Origin: Phoronis australis
Lineage: Eukaryota; Animalia; Phoronida
DNA length: 64,000 nucleotides
Assembly (NCBI GenBank): GCA_002633005.1
Contig: NMRA01000128.1
Location: forward strand, 237,165 to 301,164
Direction of reading: 5' to 3'
Positions 1 to 14,099 of this stretch are shown piece after piece (position 1 is the first letter of the stretch; every line of letters begins with the position of its first letter). The position numbers and the translations under genes are program-made. The notes under the pieces were generated by a model. It was not told where the DNA came from. It saw only the letters and a program-made list of their open reading frames with translations, and did no database searches.

Positions 1-388
1 CGTACTGAGCGATAAATATGATTAATCTTTGCCAATAATTATTAATATCGGCAGCCCTAGACAACAACCATGAAGGCTTTGGCCCGACAAGAATCAAAAA
101 TTACGTCGAGGAAACTATTCCTCGCTACAGCGACCCGCAATTTAAGTCGCAGTTTCGGATGAGTCGGTCAACTTTTGAGGTTAGTTTTCGTGTTGCAGAA
201 CCATAATGGGTTCATATGTTGCAGACGTGAAGCCTTCGCAGGACGCCATCTTGGAAATCTAAGCGAACATGCTCTCGAGGTTGTTCGCGAGCGCTAACGT
301 GAACACAGCTGTTCAGGACGAGGGCGCTCAAATCGCTCGCGGGCGCTCACTCTATTGAACACGCTTCAGGTGGTGTGCAGACTAGACT
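1..388 (+). mobile_element. PIF/Harbinger-type DNA transposon remnant (5' transposase fragment plus probable terminus)
   Basis: 39-179 translates LLISAALDNNHEGFGPTRIKNYVEETIPRYSDPQFKSQFRMSRSTFE then a GTTAGT donor. FxxxFRMSRxTF is the typical N-terminal motif of Harbinger/HARBI1 transposases. In-frame TAA at 36-38; no downstream transposase exon; the GC-rich tail ends GTGTGCAGACTAGACT followed by TAA (Harbinger-type target site). Confidence 0.6.
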
Positions 389-641
389 TAAAACTATTTG
401 TGCCACCATTATATCTATACCATCTTGAAAGTGAAATTTCTAACCTCATAGGTCATGAAACAACAAATGCAGTGTTAGTGACTGTGACTCCTTCGGCCAC
501 TAGAGGGGTGATTTTTACTAAACACCATGAAAAGCGCACTACTGGAATGATAAGTATGCGTCATCATACAATTTACAAAATTAATAAATTGTTTTCAGTT
601 ATATCTTGAAAATCCTGTATTGTTGATCAATGTCAGCCATG

Positions 642-3600
642 TTAAGACTTGTCAGGTAGGTTTTCGATGGGGAACTGAAAAGAAATGACGTACAGCTTAC
701 ACTGGAACATCTTGAAACGAGACATTCTGCATATTAAGTAGCATTTGACCACACAAAATAATAATTTATTGTACCTTCCAAATAACTGAAAATCGACCAA
801 AAATTCAGAGCACAAAAGCTTGGTTGATTCATTGAAAAATTTCATGCTTTTCAATGAAAAGAAACAATTGACAAGATTAAGTCACATTTCTTAACGACTA
901 TGTACATCTCGGCTTTTCAAAAACTACACTTCCCTCAGGTGAAGTGTTCCATTTCAACTGGTAGTGGCCGATCTCACATAAAAAATATGGCAAACACCAT
1001 TTGATGGTGATGAAAAATGGAAATGAGCAACAAGACCACTCACCGATACGCTAATTCCAGGGGCATTAAAGCCAAACACAACTGAATAGAAGTAGAACTC
1101 TCCATCAATGGCCGTGTGAATATTGGCGGCCTCTCTAAAGCCATGTTGCTCTCCTGCAACCACAAAGATATTCATGCGTTCAACGAACAAATCTCAAAGC
1201 AAAATCTCACCAAGTTTGGAAAAATATGAGCCAAAATTACCCACCTTTTCATTTTCATAGATTTGCAACAATGTTGTGAATTTCCACTCAATTTTTAAAA
1301 ATATTGTCCGATAGTACCCCCTGAAATTTCCAAATCTTTACAAATGCCAAAGCTAGGCTTAACGCCCATTCCAAATCGATTCAATTAACACTTCCTTGAA
1401 AGCACCAGTCTGTACTTTTGAAAAGCCATCTCGCACAAGATTTAGCTCCCAAAACATAGAAAACTCACTTATCTTTGAGTAAAAAAAAGAGTGCAGGTGC
1501 ATGTTTTTTGGGGTGCATCGGATGCACGCAAGCCTCGTTGTTGGGCCCACAGCACAAAACTGTTATCAATCAACAGATTGTTCTATCTTTGAGTAACAAA
1601 ATAATAAGACATCAATTGGGATCATGCCTTATTCAGATGGGAAAGTACTCACTACACTGTCCTACTTCATTATATTTGACTCTTGCAAGCAACTTCAATG
1701 TAAACAAAGATTTCTCCTGTGTGTTCACACAATTTCAGTAAACAATGTCATCCTTAAATGTGCATGCCAACTCTTCATTTTTGAGTTCCCTAATTTAAGT
1801 GACTGGGTGATAACCCGTACAAAAATGATACTTATGGCACAGGCCTTGCACATGCAAGAAGATCAATTAGGTGAATCGTGTCATTTATGAAAAAACGAGA
1901 AAATAAAATTTGCCATATTGTGTCCCATATCGATGAAATGACACAGCAAGTACGGACCGCAGATGCCAGATACTGAGTATTAGTGAAATGCAGTATTATT
2001 TTCTTCTCTGAAGATTGAAGCCGAGTTACCCGTCTAACCTTTTACACCCAGAGAATCATGGCTGTTAGAGTTCTGACATGGAGGTTACAAAGTGCTCCTT
2101 CAGTGTATGAACAATATAAAAGTAGCCAACCCAGGGTATCCACACTCTTTACCCCCTCGTATACACACCTGCTACCATCTTTTTCACCTGAATTTTGCCT
2201 CCCAGACGTTACTCATTCATTAGTATGATCACTTCAAGATTAAAAACTCGATCGGAAACAAATGGCTTTTGGTGCAGAAACTGATTTTGTTGCAGGAGAC
2301 AAAGTGCAGCAAATGGTCTTTAAATGAATTGTCAAGCAACAGTTATTTATTAAAGCAAGCAGTAGATACTGAAGAGCCACTAACCAATGTGAGCTCACAT
2401 AAGTCTACCAAGGGAGAGCACAATGCACCTGGCTCTCCGAGATAAAAAAACCAGAGTACAAGAACTATTATATACCCTTAAATTAACTTCTTGAGTATAC
2501 TTCTTTTTTTAATAGTTTAATTATAAAATTCCAAGGTGTATATTAGTGTCCAACCATCTACTGAATCTTTTGAAAACAAAGTATGTCCACGTCTTCAATG
2601 AACTGATAACAAGTGAACATACAAAATTTCTGTGAGTTCTCACCTTTAAAGAGAACATAGGCTGTTGTGATTCCCTTGGCCTTTAAACTATTAAACATCA
2701 TCTCAGCCTGGTTTGGAGGTACAACCTGCAGAATCAACAGGATGACAGCATGTGTGATTGGTCCAATTGACCACAAAAGTAAAAGAAAAACAACGGCAGC
2801 AGAAAACTGACGGAAAGAGAGACAAGGATACGAACTAGGTGAAGACAAATAAGACTTGGTGAAGACAAATAAGACAAAGGTGTAAGCGAAAACTAAACTA
2901 TAAAAGAACAATTGATGTATGGACGACACAGAAAGTAACATTGATGCTATGAGGGTTGAGCTATCTATATGTGTAATAGTCATAGAGATTTATATACAAG
3001 TTTCTGTAACTTCTGTAAAGTGTTACTGGAAAAAATTCAAAATCAGTCAATTTTTATGTCTCAAGAGTTGGGATGATGCACAATCTTTCAAAACCTTTTC
3101 ATGATGGAAACTAATTGATTTGTTTGTCAAGTCAAGTCAAGTCAAGCCATTTTATTTATAGTCAGTTTGGCAAACAACGAGAAAACATTAGCCATAGGCT
3201 AGTACACTGACAAATAAATACATAAGTTGTAAAAATAAATAAATAAAATAACTAAATATATATATGTGTAATTAAAAACAAAATTTAATTAATACTATAA
3301 ACAAGGTTAACAAATTTGAGCAAATGTTATCAAAGTAGTTGCAATCTAAAGGACTTGGGGAAGAAAATAATTTTACAAATAGCTACATGGTACATAAACA
3401 GTGAACATGATCACAGTTTTTCCATTACAGCAATTGCATGATTATAACTTGTGACACTTTCACAGCAAAACCTTAATTGATGACAGAACAACTTCGACAG
3501 TATGTGAAGGTTATTTAACCATACCTTATCTTCATCTCCCTGGAAGAAAATACACGGACTAACAATCTTATCCGTGTGATAAATTGGTGATCTATCAACA

Positions 3601-6600
3601 TAGACCTGCTTGTCTTGCGGATAAGGCCCAATAAGATTGTCCAAGTAGCGACTCTCAAACTTGTGAGTCTCAGCAGTCAGCAACTCAAGATCTGCTACTC
3701 CGTAACTACTGGATGCTACAAATAAAACGCACAATTTGGGATAAAATGCACATTTTGGGAAAGACAGCCATGCCAGGTTATTTACTGTAAAGATTCTTCA
3801 ATTTGGGAGAAATTATTATACTGTCACTTCTCATTTTTCAAAAACCTACGGCATTGCTGCAAATGCAGAACCTCTTATCAAGTGTTACACATGCCATCTA
3901 CAGTGTGTAAACTGCACAAATATTAATTATCTAGACAAAACAAAAATTCACATGTTTGCCCAAAATATTCATAGCATCACACAGAACTACAAAATAAAAA
4001 TGCTTCACAACTCAGTGATGCATAAACATTGCTGTGACTAAAGCATAGATCTCCTAATTGCACTCTTATGTACACATGTACACAACTTTAAAAACTTACA
4101 AGTCCACTACCAACTAACTGTATTACACTTACCAGCCTTGAAAACGTCAGGTTTGAAGGCAAGGCAAGCGAGTGTCGTATACCCCCCTGCAGATCCCCCA
4201 TCAATGCACAGCTTGTTGCGGTCTGCACGCCCCACGCTGGCCATGTGCAGAGCTCCAAAGGCAGCATCTTCGATATCCGTGATGCCCCAGCTATAGATAG
4301 AGTAACAGTTGACTATTAATTCAAGAAACCCTATAGCGGGTTCTACGTGTTAAGGTTATCTCTAACCTTATTTAGTGGCTTCTATTCTAACTCGTATATT
4401 AAAAACACTAAGCTTTGTCAACTAGAACAAGTATATATTTTCTGAAAGAAAATAGATTAGGGAATATGAAAATATTTTCTGTATTAATGTACCATAATTA
4501 TTTTTACATAAAAACCCTTTTAAAGTCAAAATTTTATTTTTAAGAACGGTACATTCATGGTAAAAAACACCTCGGTCGATTTTAATGAAACATTTTTTAA
4601 ATGAAAATTTCACCAGTTACCTCCAAAACACTATTAGGAATTTTCAATTAGTCTTTTCGTTTGGTTTCTACGACAAATCAACTCGCAAAACGTAAGGTAT
4701 CTTTGTAAACAACGGAAGTCGTATTCGTCTTTGATACATTACGCAAAAAATAGGCCTTTATATCAAAAATCCTAACAGCATTTTTGAGACTGATGACTAA
4801 ATATTAAATTTGCAAAGTTTCAGCGAAATCCACCAAGCCGTTTTTGAGAACTCGTAGTCCTAAGTTCAAATGAAGTCGATTTGCCGAAGCCACGAAAAAG
4901 CCGATTAAACTGGGATGAGTGAAAATATCAAAGTCTTCGGTTCATTATTCGGTGAAAGCTTGTTTTTGGTACACATAACCTATACAAGCTTTAAATATGT
5001 TCACTATTTCAACATTCACTCGCAATGGCAACTGATTTTGCAGCACGTAATTAACTTAACTCATTAAAACGTACCGTTCCCAGCTAACTTTTACTGTTGT
5101 TTGCAAGCATTTCACCTACTTCATATAAATAGCTCAAAGTTCATTGTTATACACATAGAATGTACACGTCACGTGCCGGGAGACTGATACGAATCCAATT
5201 ATGAAATGGATAACAAAAATCAAATCGGTGGTTAAAGCATGTCGTTAGCATGAGATCGAAACATTGAAATGTCAATTTATTAATTGAATGAAGGGTACTA
5301 ACAATGACTGCATCAAAACAAAAGAACATCACATGACATGTCAATCTCAATTTCACTGTGACAACCTACTTCAAGTATAGTCGTGTCCTGTACGGTCGAC
5401 CGTACCCTGTGCTCCCTCTGTAGTTGAGGTCGAGTATACCAAACCCTCGGCTCGTGAAGTAATTATACTGCAAATTCATGACTGGAGATGTCTGACTTGT
5501 GGGACCACCATGCACTTTTACCAACAGAGGGGGCAAGCTACCTGATGGGCCTTGATAATCTTTGTTCTGAAATTGCAACAACTTCATACTTAGTGGAAAG
5601 ATTTGATTTATCACCTTTTTAATAATACATCATCATCAAAAGGAACTGTAAATGAGACAAATGACAGATTTCATTATGAACAGGATTCCAAGTCAGATAC
5701 AGCAGGATGGCTGCAACTTTCTACCCCAAAAAATTACTGCATATTTTACTGCTTTTCTGTATTATGATTACATAAGGTATGTGTAATATTCTTTGAGTGC
5801 GCGTATAGTGGTGGTGAACAACGTGTATCGCCATCTACTGAGTAGACAATACAACAGTATGAATTATTAAGTCTGACCTAAGTAAGTTGCACCGTGTAGA
5901 CAGTAACCGTGAGTGCACCTCATGTCACTGTGTCTCACCTGAGGAGGGTAGTAGTATGCGTATGCCTTCTCACCATTCCCTGAGTTGTAAACAACCTCTT
6001 CTGGAATGCTGAAGTATCCGGAGTCTAGAGAGTGCTGTATTGGAGTACTCTCTCGAATCACCTTCACCTGTGAACATCATGAAATCTTTGTCAAGGCCAA
6101 TGACATTCAAGGCGTCCTCGAACAAAAGCGGCTACCACACTCACGTTCTGTTAGCGAAGCAAACTTTTAATTTGGACCTCATTATAAAATCTCAACATGT
6201 TCCTTACTCAGTTGAGAAGTGATTTCTGACAGCATTTCATCAAGACTACGCTCAGTGCATAAAATGACACGCCGTGACGACGTGCCGGACACGCCGTGAC
6301 GACGTGCCGGACACGCCGTGACGTGCCAACATATACAGTCTCATCTCAGGCAACAATGGTCTGTCAGAAATCATCTCTAATTTCACTAGCAAACAACTTG
6401 AGACCAACTTCACAAGGGTAAGTCGTGTAATTCAAACTTTGCTTTATAGGACAGATGTGTTTATGATAGTCGCTATTATGTCTTTACACCAAAATCGTCA
6501 TATACAAGATTCGTCGTGAGATGAATCATACACATGGTCAGTGGCGGCCAAGTGTAGGGATCAGCTAAACTCATATACTAGAGTAGAGACGTATCACCAA

Positions 6601-9600
6601 ACTGCCATTATTCTCATTCAATGAGCAACTTGACCTGAAGAAGATTGCAGAGATCACTTGAAATCAACTAGTCTGATAAATAGTGAAGTAGCCAGGTCAC
6701 CATCAGAGTATTAAAACACACAAAAGATGCATGCTGGAGTTAATCGACTGCTAACCAGGCAGATTCTTGGGAAAGGCTACACTCATATTTTTTGTCTCCC
6801 CTCGCCACATCCTCAATGTTCTGAGATGGGTAAGTAAAATATGTTATTTTGCCACTTTTCATTGTTGGAGTGCACTCATTATTATTGCAAAAAGTGTTGC
6901 ATTCAAAAAAAAAATGAAAATCATTCTATTGTCAGATAACAAATAAATTATTTTGAGCTGCGCACATATTTTACGGTCAGTGGAGCGAGAAGGAACAAAC
7001 TTTATTTTTAACTCTAATATGCTCCTAGCAAAATATCTCTGAGCGCAAATCTTGGCTTAATGCTCGTCAGCTAAAATCACACTGTCAGAGCATGAAAACA
7101 CGACCAACGCGAAATCTCCTCTCGTCTTGTAACAAAGTATCATGTACCTTCCCTGTGTCTGTCTCAACACGGATAATTGCCTGTGCTTTGTTGGGACTTC
7201 CAGCCACTAAGTACAGCACATTGTTACGTCCATGTTGTACATAGGTATTATTAGCATATCCAGTGTCCACATCTTGACTCTGACCACTCGACACATCAAG
7301 AATTTGCAGTTTCTGGAAATGAAGGAAATGAGCAACACTGACTGACCTTCACATATCTGATAGAGAAGGATGGGGGTGGATGGGTGGATGGGGGGTGGAT
7401 GGACAAAGGGTGACAGGTAATCAGGCAATGGGAAAGGAAGAGAAAAGGAGTTTGTAAGAAAAGAATGTTGGAAAAGACTGGGCACGAGGGGGTAGGGGTA
7501 GGAGGGTTGGAGGGAAGGGGTGACAAAGTGCCATAATAAGGGTGAGGGAGGTCAGCAGTGTATGTAACACCTGTCTGCAAGGTAATTATCATCATACATC
7601 ACCTTACATGATTGCAGGTGAGCATGCCATATAATGATACAGATTGCCCACAAACAGAACCTGCTTAAGAGTTAAAAAATCACATGCTGCAGTTTCCAGA
7701 AGGAAAGCTTGACCCTTGCCTCATTTACATAATTCTTATTAAGTAAAAGCATTTAGAGAATGAGAATACAAGATCTTAGCGGTCCCAACAAAGTCTAAAA
7801 ATCCTATAACTCCAAACCACCAGGTCAAGACCTTACTGGCTACCCTTCCCTGAATAATTGGTCATAGGCCAAGCCAACATATTAACTGGGTCAAGTTGGC
7901 ATAATGTGGTCCACTTTTAAGTAGGTCAACAGTTCATTGTTAGACACACCATGCACTGGGAGCTGACTGGATATGGACCCAAGTACAAAATGGATAACAG
8001 AAATCCAACCAGTGGTTAAACCACGTAATGAGCATGAGATCGAAACAACAAAATGTACCCAAATTAAGGAATTTGGGTGAGGATTTATCTCTTTTCACAA
8101 CTTGCTGTGTTCGTGAACACAAAGTTAGCGACTTATAGCATTCGCTCTCAATGATCATATGCATGCAGGCACACAACTTTCTTAGGATCAAAACTACGTT
8201 TTATCTTCGTTTTCCCTGACATCTTTCTATCATATGTACACATCGTTGACGTAATATTATGGCGACTCGGTGAATGAAAGGAATGAGGGTACATACAGAG
8301 CTGCTCTGTGCCTGGCGCGAGATTCGCTTTGAGTGACAGACCCTGTAACCTTTGACCTCGGATATGTAGTAAACAGTTTTCCATGTGGTTGTGTAGTTTC
8401 AAGGTGGTTCTGCTAAATCTTTTTTTCTCGCTACACGATATATATTTGAAGTTTCAAGAGAATGAAGATAAGGTATTTTGCTAGACATGAAATATTGTAA
8501 AAATGGTCAATAAGGTTTGAGATATCCTTAACAATGGGAAAAGGAAGACAGATGGAGTTGTGATGGGTAGACTTTCACTGGAATGAAACAACAGTGACTT
8601 AAAGAAAAATACAGGCAACATACCCCTCCGTACAAAGTAGCAATTTTCCCAAGTGATGACTGGCTGGGATTGAGTGCATAAGATGTCTTTCCAAATACCC
8701 ATCCAGGTCCACCAACTTCTACATCTCTGGCAGCAAGGTTCACATGACGTCCCCCAGCAGGCACATGGTATAGGTTCCACCATGCTGTCTGGTCTCCAAT
8801 GTACAACAGGGAGTTATCTCCCGCCCATCTTGGCTCTATCACACTAACAGTCTGACCTCCAATAACCTATGGACAGTGATAGAGCAGTTAAGTAAAATAT
8901 AAGACAAAATTGTCAAGCCACACGTCTTAGGCATGTATGTAAACATAAAGAGGTGATCTGTCATCTGATTCCACGGCTGATAAAGAATGAATATGGAACT
9001 CTGATTAAGCCGTTCAAAAAAAAAAACAAACAAACCTTTTGAATGACAACAGTTTTGGTAAGTAATAGATAACCATGATATATCAATGATTTGTTAAGTC
9101 TATAAAGTTCATGATAAATGAAACAGCTGTTGAAATGGCCACTTTCTCATTCTAGAGCACCAGGGACATCTAACCTGTTGAGGAGATCCCACAATTCCAC
9201 TGAGGTCATTGGCGAGGTCAGCTTGCCACAGCTCAGTGTTGTCCCAAGGCTGAAAGACAGGAAATCCAAAGATGCAGAATACTAAGATTTCCATAAGTGA
9301 GTCCAGCAAACATACTTTGATTTTAGTAGAATTTCATTTCAACAACTTTGTCAATAAATTCAAAATCTAAATTTCTCTATTTTGTGTTTGTATCGTTTGT
9401 ACTGTAAAGTTACCACAAAAGAAAAGTCCAATAAAATAACATTTCATAAACATAAATTAGCTATTAGATAAATTAAGCTTGATAATTGTTTAAGCAACAT
9501 CTTTTAAGACAGGGGGAACATTGCAACAAGCAGAAAACTTTGAATTTGAGAAAAAAAAGGACTGTGGCTTGTAAAAACTTCCAAAATTCTCTTTAAGCAC

Positions 9601-12600
9601 ATACCCCCTCCTTACCATGTTTGGATGGTGCCACTGAACCCAACAGATTTTCTTACCATCTGGACTCACTCTTGGATTACTGTAGAAGTCTGCCCCACGT
9701 GCCTGACAAGGAAAATCACAAGAACAACTTTCAGAACAACAATAATTTCATGCATTGGTTCCCGATAAAACCACCCCTATATCTCTTGTATGTAGAGACC
9801 CAGTGATAAACATTTGGCTGTCTAATCACAGCCAGTTTTTGTTAGTGCTGACTATGTCAACTGGGTCATTACAGGAGGTTATTATGTCACCACAGGTTGG
9901 TAAATGGCAGATACCACTGGCTCTGAAAGGTTCACTAATACTACGTCATATCGGCTTTAAGTCCACTCTACATGTCCAGAACTCATCCTTAGTGACACTT
10001 GGCTTACCACCAATTCCAAAAGCTGGTTATTGATCCAAGGAATGTGGTGTACTGCATTGTGTCCTGGGTAGAATTAAAGGAATGTAGTTGGCAAAATGAG
10101 ATCAGTCACAGCGCGGAATTGAACCTACAACCCCGCGGTTGCAGTCAAACACTCTGCTGGATGGGACAAATGTCACTTGATAAGTCACACAGTATTTTAA
10201 ACATATTTAAATGGTAAAGCTATCAGCCTCGATTTCAGCGAATGTCTGACAGCCAACAGTAATAATTGGTGAAAACGAATTCAATCACAAAAATGGATTT
10301 TGTTCTTTTATAGCTCTGCTCAAAGCTAACAAGTCAAAGAAGTCTATCCTACCCAAAAGTAGACCCCAAAATGTTTTTTTTGGTCGTAAAACTGACAATG
10401 TCCCTTTAATAAAGAAGGAAACCGACTGTACATTAGTTTCTACCCTATAAGCCAGGACTTTAGATAATCTAATCATGGCGCCTGATTACTGTTTGAGGAG
10501 AGTATCAGCTGGAGAGGGATTGTTTGCTTGGAGGTAACCACACTTTGAGGGGTAAGCCAACAAGTCGAATTGTCTTAAACAGGCTGGGGATGTCATCATC
10601 ACTTCTAAAATGTATTAGTCTATTTACACAAACCTCTAGACCGATAGATTTTAGAAATGATCCGCATCGTCACCTCAAAGACATGGGGTGTCATCATGGT
10701 GCTCTTTTCAAGTAACTTTCTTGGATCCACCCTTGTACATACCAACACAGTCTGCTGTTGAGTAGACAGGTTAATTACTACAACACTGTTCTCTGCTTCT
10801 GTACTCTCCTTCCTGTCAACAACACTGTGGTCTTCTCGTATCGCAAAAACAAAATCACCATTCTGAAAGAGAAAAACAGAATGACTAAGGCAAACGTTCA
10901 TGTAAACATTCAGGATAACTTCTTATAATTATCACTGAATTGGAAAGTGTTTGCTGAAGGTTTGAATATTGAGAAGGTTAATTCTGGTGGGTCTAAATTC
11001 ACGTCGTCTGCTCGCCATTGCATTTTCACAGCTGACTGGTTTCACACCTGAACACTACAAGTCGTGACATCTGCATGTTAAGGTGGGTCGTCATGACTTG
11101 ACCCTGTAACAGGGGCACGTCTTAGCAACATAGAAGCTTAAATCTCACTATGCAAGACCACTGTATCAAGGCACAAGTCAACTAGGTTAAAGTGAAAGCA
11201 TATTCTAAGCAATGAAAAAGCTCTCTTACATGTTTACACTGTTGACTGACATGAGAGGCGTGGCTATAGCTTATTGGGATTTAACAGCCTCTACTTTGTA
11301 AAAAGACTACGACAGAGACAGATTTCACAACTGCTTGCAAAAACTTAGCAACTACCAAGTATCTATTCCTACTGGAACTGTCGATGAAATTTCTGTGTCA
11401 CAAAATTAGCATGACTGAAAGAACAGCACATAACCAGTACATGCAAAACAGTCTGGTAACGAAAATAAACATTTAGGAACAAAATAGGAAAAGATTAACA
11501 GAAAGCAAATGGCACACCTTAGTTTCTGATGTTACTGTGCTGATTCATGCATGAATTAGAACTGGGAATGGAACACTCTGAAATAAGAATACATTAGAGC
11601 GCTCTCCCATTCAGAGACTTTCCCTGACACAGAGCAGTTGTAAGCATGCGATAACATCTAGCTCCTTTGTCAGCTGCCGAGCACAGTCTTTTGTCTGGTA
11701 TAACAACATGCAGGTCTATTATCTGCCGGGTGTATTACCGACCACATGTGAACACAGTCAAAACCAGTGCGAAGACGCCTTTGGACAGAAAATATCTTCT
11801 TAACTTTGCTTGTAGTTGGGCGATTTTAGTAATTCAAAAACTGTACATGATCAGCATTTGACGAGGAATTCAGAAATGTTATTGGTTTGTGTTCAAACAC
11901 TTTATAACTTAACTTTCATTTTTAACAGCACAGCCCAATCAGGCTAGATATGTTCTTATCGGAGATTGAGGAATTATTGAACAAAAGAGAGATCACACGC
12001 CAACCACAAATACCAGAATGGCTACAGCGGTCATCCACTCAAATTGTTGTTGAAGTATACAAGCTAACAAGTTGGATTCAATGGGAGAATGCCGAAATGA
12101 TGTGAATCTATACTTTGAGTGTGTCTGCACCGAAACATGTGCAATAATACTAATATTTATGAGAATATATTCTAAAGTAAAATCAGAGCCAATATTTTGT
12201 AAGCATAAAAAGTTGCCAGCAAAGAAAATGACTTGGCCTCTGTGCCAGAATGTTCAATCATAGGAAAAAGCTTGCACTATAAGCCACGATTTCCCACTGC
12301 AAGTATCACACAAAACATCCCTTTTATAAAACACACCCTACATTACATTTCAGAAACTAAATTACCTTCCTGACCAGCTGTGTATCGGCATATCGCCAAT
12401 TCTCTGCTGGAGTCACTGGTTCTGGGGAGCTTGTGGGTGCCGTCTGCTTGTACAGTCTCTGGTCAGTGAAGTTACTAAAGTACAGCACTCCATCATATAC
12501 TGTAAAGTTGCCACCTCCGTACTCATGAACCCTTGTGCGTGCATTGAAGCCATCCGGGGTCCAGCTAGTAAAATTGGCGTCACCTTCCTTCCATGAGCAA

Positions 12601-13547
12601 ATGACGTAACGACCCTTTTCACTAGGTCTGGACTCTGCCCAATAAACAGTATCTGAAAAAGGATTTCATACATGACAATAAAACAGCGAAATTCAATACA
12701 CATTTTTGTTTGGTCAATGAAGTATTGGTTTCACTTTTCGTAGATCCTCATAAACCAACAACAGAGTGTGTAAGGTCTTATCAAACATGAATGAATAAAA
12801 TAAGAAACAAAGAATACTTTTTACGCACAAAAAATCAAAAAAGTAAAACCCCCGTAAGCTAGATGCATGCAAGTCGGATCTTCCCTTCACCAGCATACAG
12901 TCATGCACTCTGTCAGTCACTGGATTTTGCCCTAGTCTGATAAAAACTCTAGATCCAGTAACATCTGAATCATGTAAGTTAACTGTAAAGAAACTTTAAT
13001 CAATACTGTTGAAACAGTCACAGAGATTGGCAGAACTTAATAACTGCACAAAATTCCAAAGTAACACATGGTGGGCTCCCCTGGTCAAAATTTTGCAGCA
13101 TTTTTTTGGGGGGGGAGGGTATTAAGATCACTCAGATAAGTGTTCTATTGTGCAGTGGTGTTCACAAATCAAGTCACCCCATTGTGTTGCTCAGACAGGT
13201 TACACAGTAGAGTTTGCGATATGTCAAAGAACAAACATTGTGAAAATGCAGTGGTTGCAGCTGACCGCTATCTTTGTTCCCTAAACCCCAAACAAAAGAA
13301 GCCAGCCATGAAAGTCCAGTTGCCGTGCTAATTAATTGCCCATTTTAATCCCTACAGGAAAAAATGTAGTTGCAGTTAGGAAAATCGGATGTTAACGACA
13401 AATGAACACATGTCAAAATCAAAGCTCACCCAAGTTGACAGGATCCACATGTAGAGGTGTTTGGAAACTGACGCGCTCCTTGGTAAGCAAGTCACTAGTT
13501 ATGGGAGATACCCATGAGCCATAGTCTGCTGTCTTCTTGGTCGCCAT
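642..13547 (-). CDS. S9 (prolyl oligopeptidase family) dipeptidyl aminopeptidase/acylaminoacyl peptidase, ~664 aa, 14 coding exons
   Basis: Exons (minus): 13547-13430, 12652-12366, 10862-10743, 9702-9616, 9249-9175, 8866-8624, 7312-7148, 6067-5939, 5566-5370, 4290-4133, 3715-3525, 2725-2644, 1153-1044, 674-642. All GT-AG with consistent phase, 1995 nt. Motifs: [61 protein letters not shown], nucleophile GGSAGG, QGDEDKVVP (Asp), GEQHGF (His). Confidence 0.93.
3126..3160 (-). repeat. (GTCAA)4 microsatellite next to a polyA signal, possible LINE 3' tail
   Basis: gtcaagtcaagtcaagtcaag followed by ttttattta; on the minus strand this reads AATAAA then (TTGAC)n, the layout of CR1/L2-type LINE tails. 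Confidence 0.4.
4544..5079. mobile_element. Possible non-autonomous DNA transposon in peptidase intron
   Basis: 9-bp inverted ends GAACGGTAC (4544) / GTACCGTTC (5071-5079); TTAA at the left end only; AT-rich non-coding interior. Confidence 0.3.
5139..5263. repeat. Dispersed repeat copy 1 (homologous to 7932-8047)
   Basis: Shares gttcattgtta-acac ... aaatggataaca-aaatc-aa-c-gtggttaaa-ca-gt...agcatgagatcgaaaca with 7932-8047. Confidence 0.75.
6110..6490. mobile_element. Foldback/MITE-like element with internal 22-bp tandem repeat
   Basis: Inverted arms agaagtgatttctgacag (6215-6232) / ctgtcagaaatcatctct (6361-6378), extending degenerately outward. The centre carries about 2.7 copies of gacacgccgtgacgacgtgccg (6266-6327). 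Confidence 0.65.
7932..8047. repeat. Dispersed repeat copy 2 (homologous to 5139-5263)
   Basis: Direct similarity to 5139-5263, same orientation. Confidence 0.75.
9900..10170 (-). mobile_element. Probable tRNA-derived SINE
   Basis: Minus strand reads ...gactgcaaccgcggggttgtaGGTTCAATTCCgcgc..., a Pol III B-box in a degenerate tRNA-like head followed by a non-tRNA body; no intact cloverleaf. Confidence 0.45.
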
Positions 13548-14099
13548 AGCTAAGGTCTTGGTACAGTGCAAGAACCTGTAGGAAACACGTGCAGACAACT
13601 GTGGATCGAAAGCAGTGAAGGGTCTCCTACAAAAGCTTTTAGCTTTTTATCAGTGAACTGTATCAGAGGCCAGAAATTATCATTGCATGACATGTGAATT
13701 GTGTTGACTCACCCCTATTGTTAACAGGTGTCCCCAGACAGCCTTATGCACTCTCAAATGATTAAGAAGATAATATCATTGTATGTTGGTTCTGTGAAAA
13801 CAGTGCACGTAACTGCTGAAAATGCAACCAAGCTCATTCGATAAAAGCTAAATACCAGAAGTATCCTACGCAGCAACATTTAGATTGACCCATGTCAATC
13901 AAATAACATCAGAAATGAATTCCATATCACAGAAAATGATATTTATAAATACTGTTTTGCATATCCTTGTAAGTCATCAAGTTCAAAGTAAAACAAGAGC
14001 AACGCGAAGCAATGAAATGCGCCCACGACTGCACCACAAACGGTGTGCTTCTAAGGGTGTTTGTTTGTATCATATCGATGGCCATTAGATAGCACAGAA

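Noticed and set aside
7296-7595. Pro-rich minus-strand ORFs / G-run tract
   Set aside because: Low-complexity purine-rich intron sequence next to the exon 7 acceptor; the ORFs are compositional artefacts.
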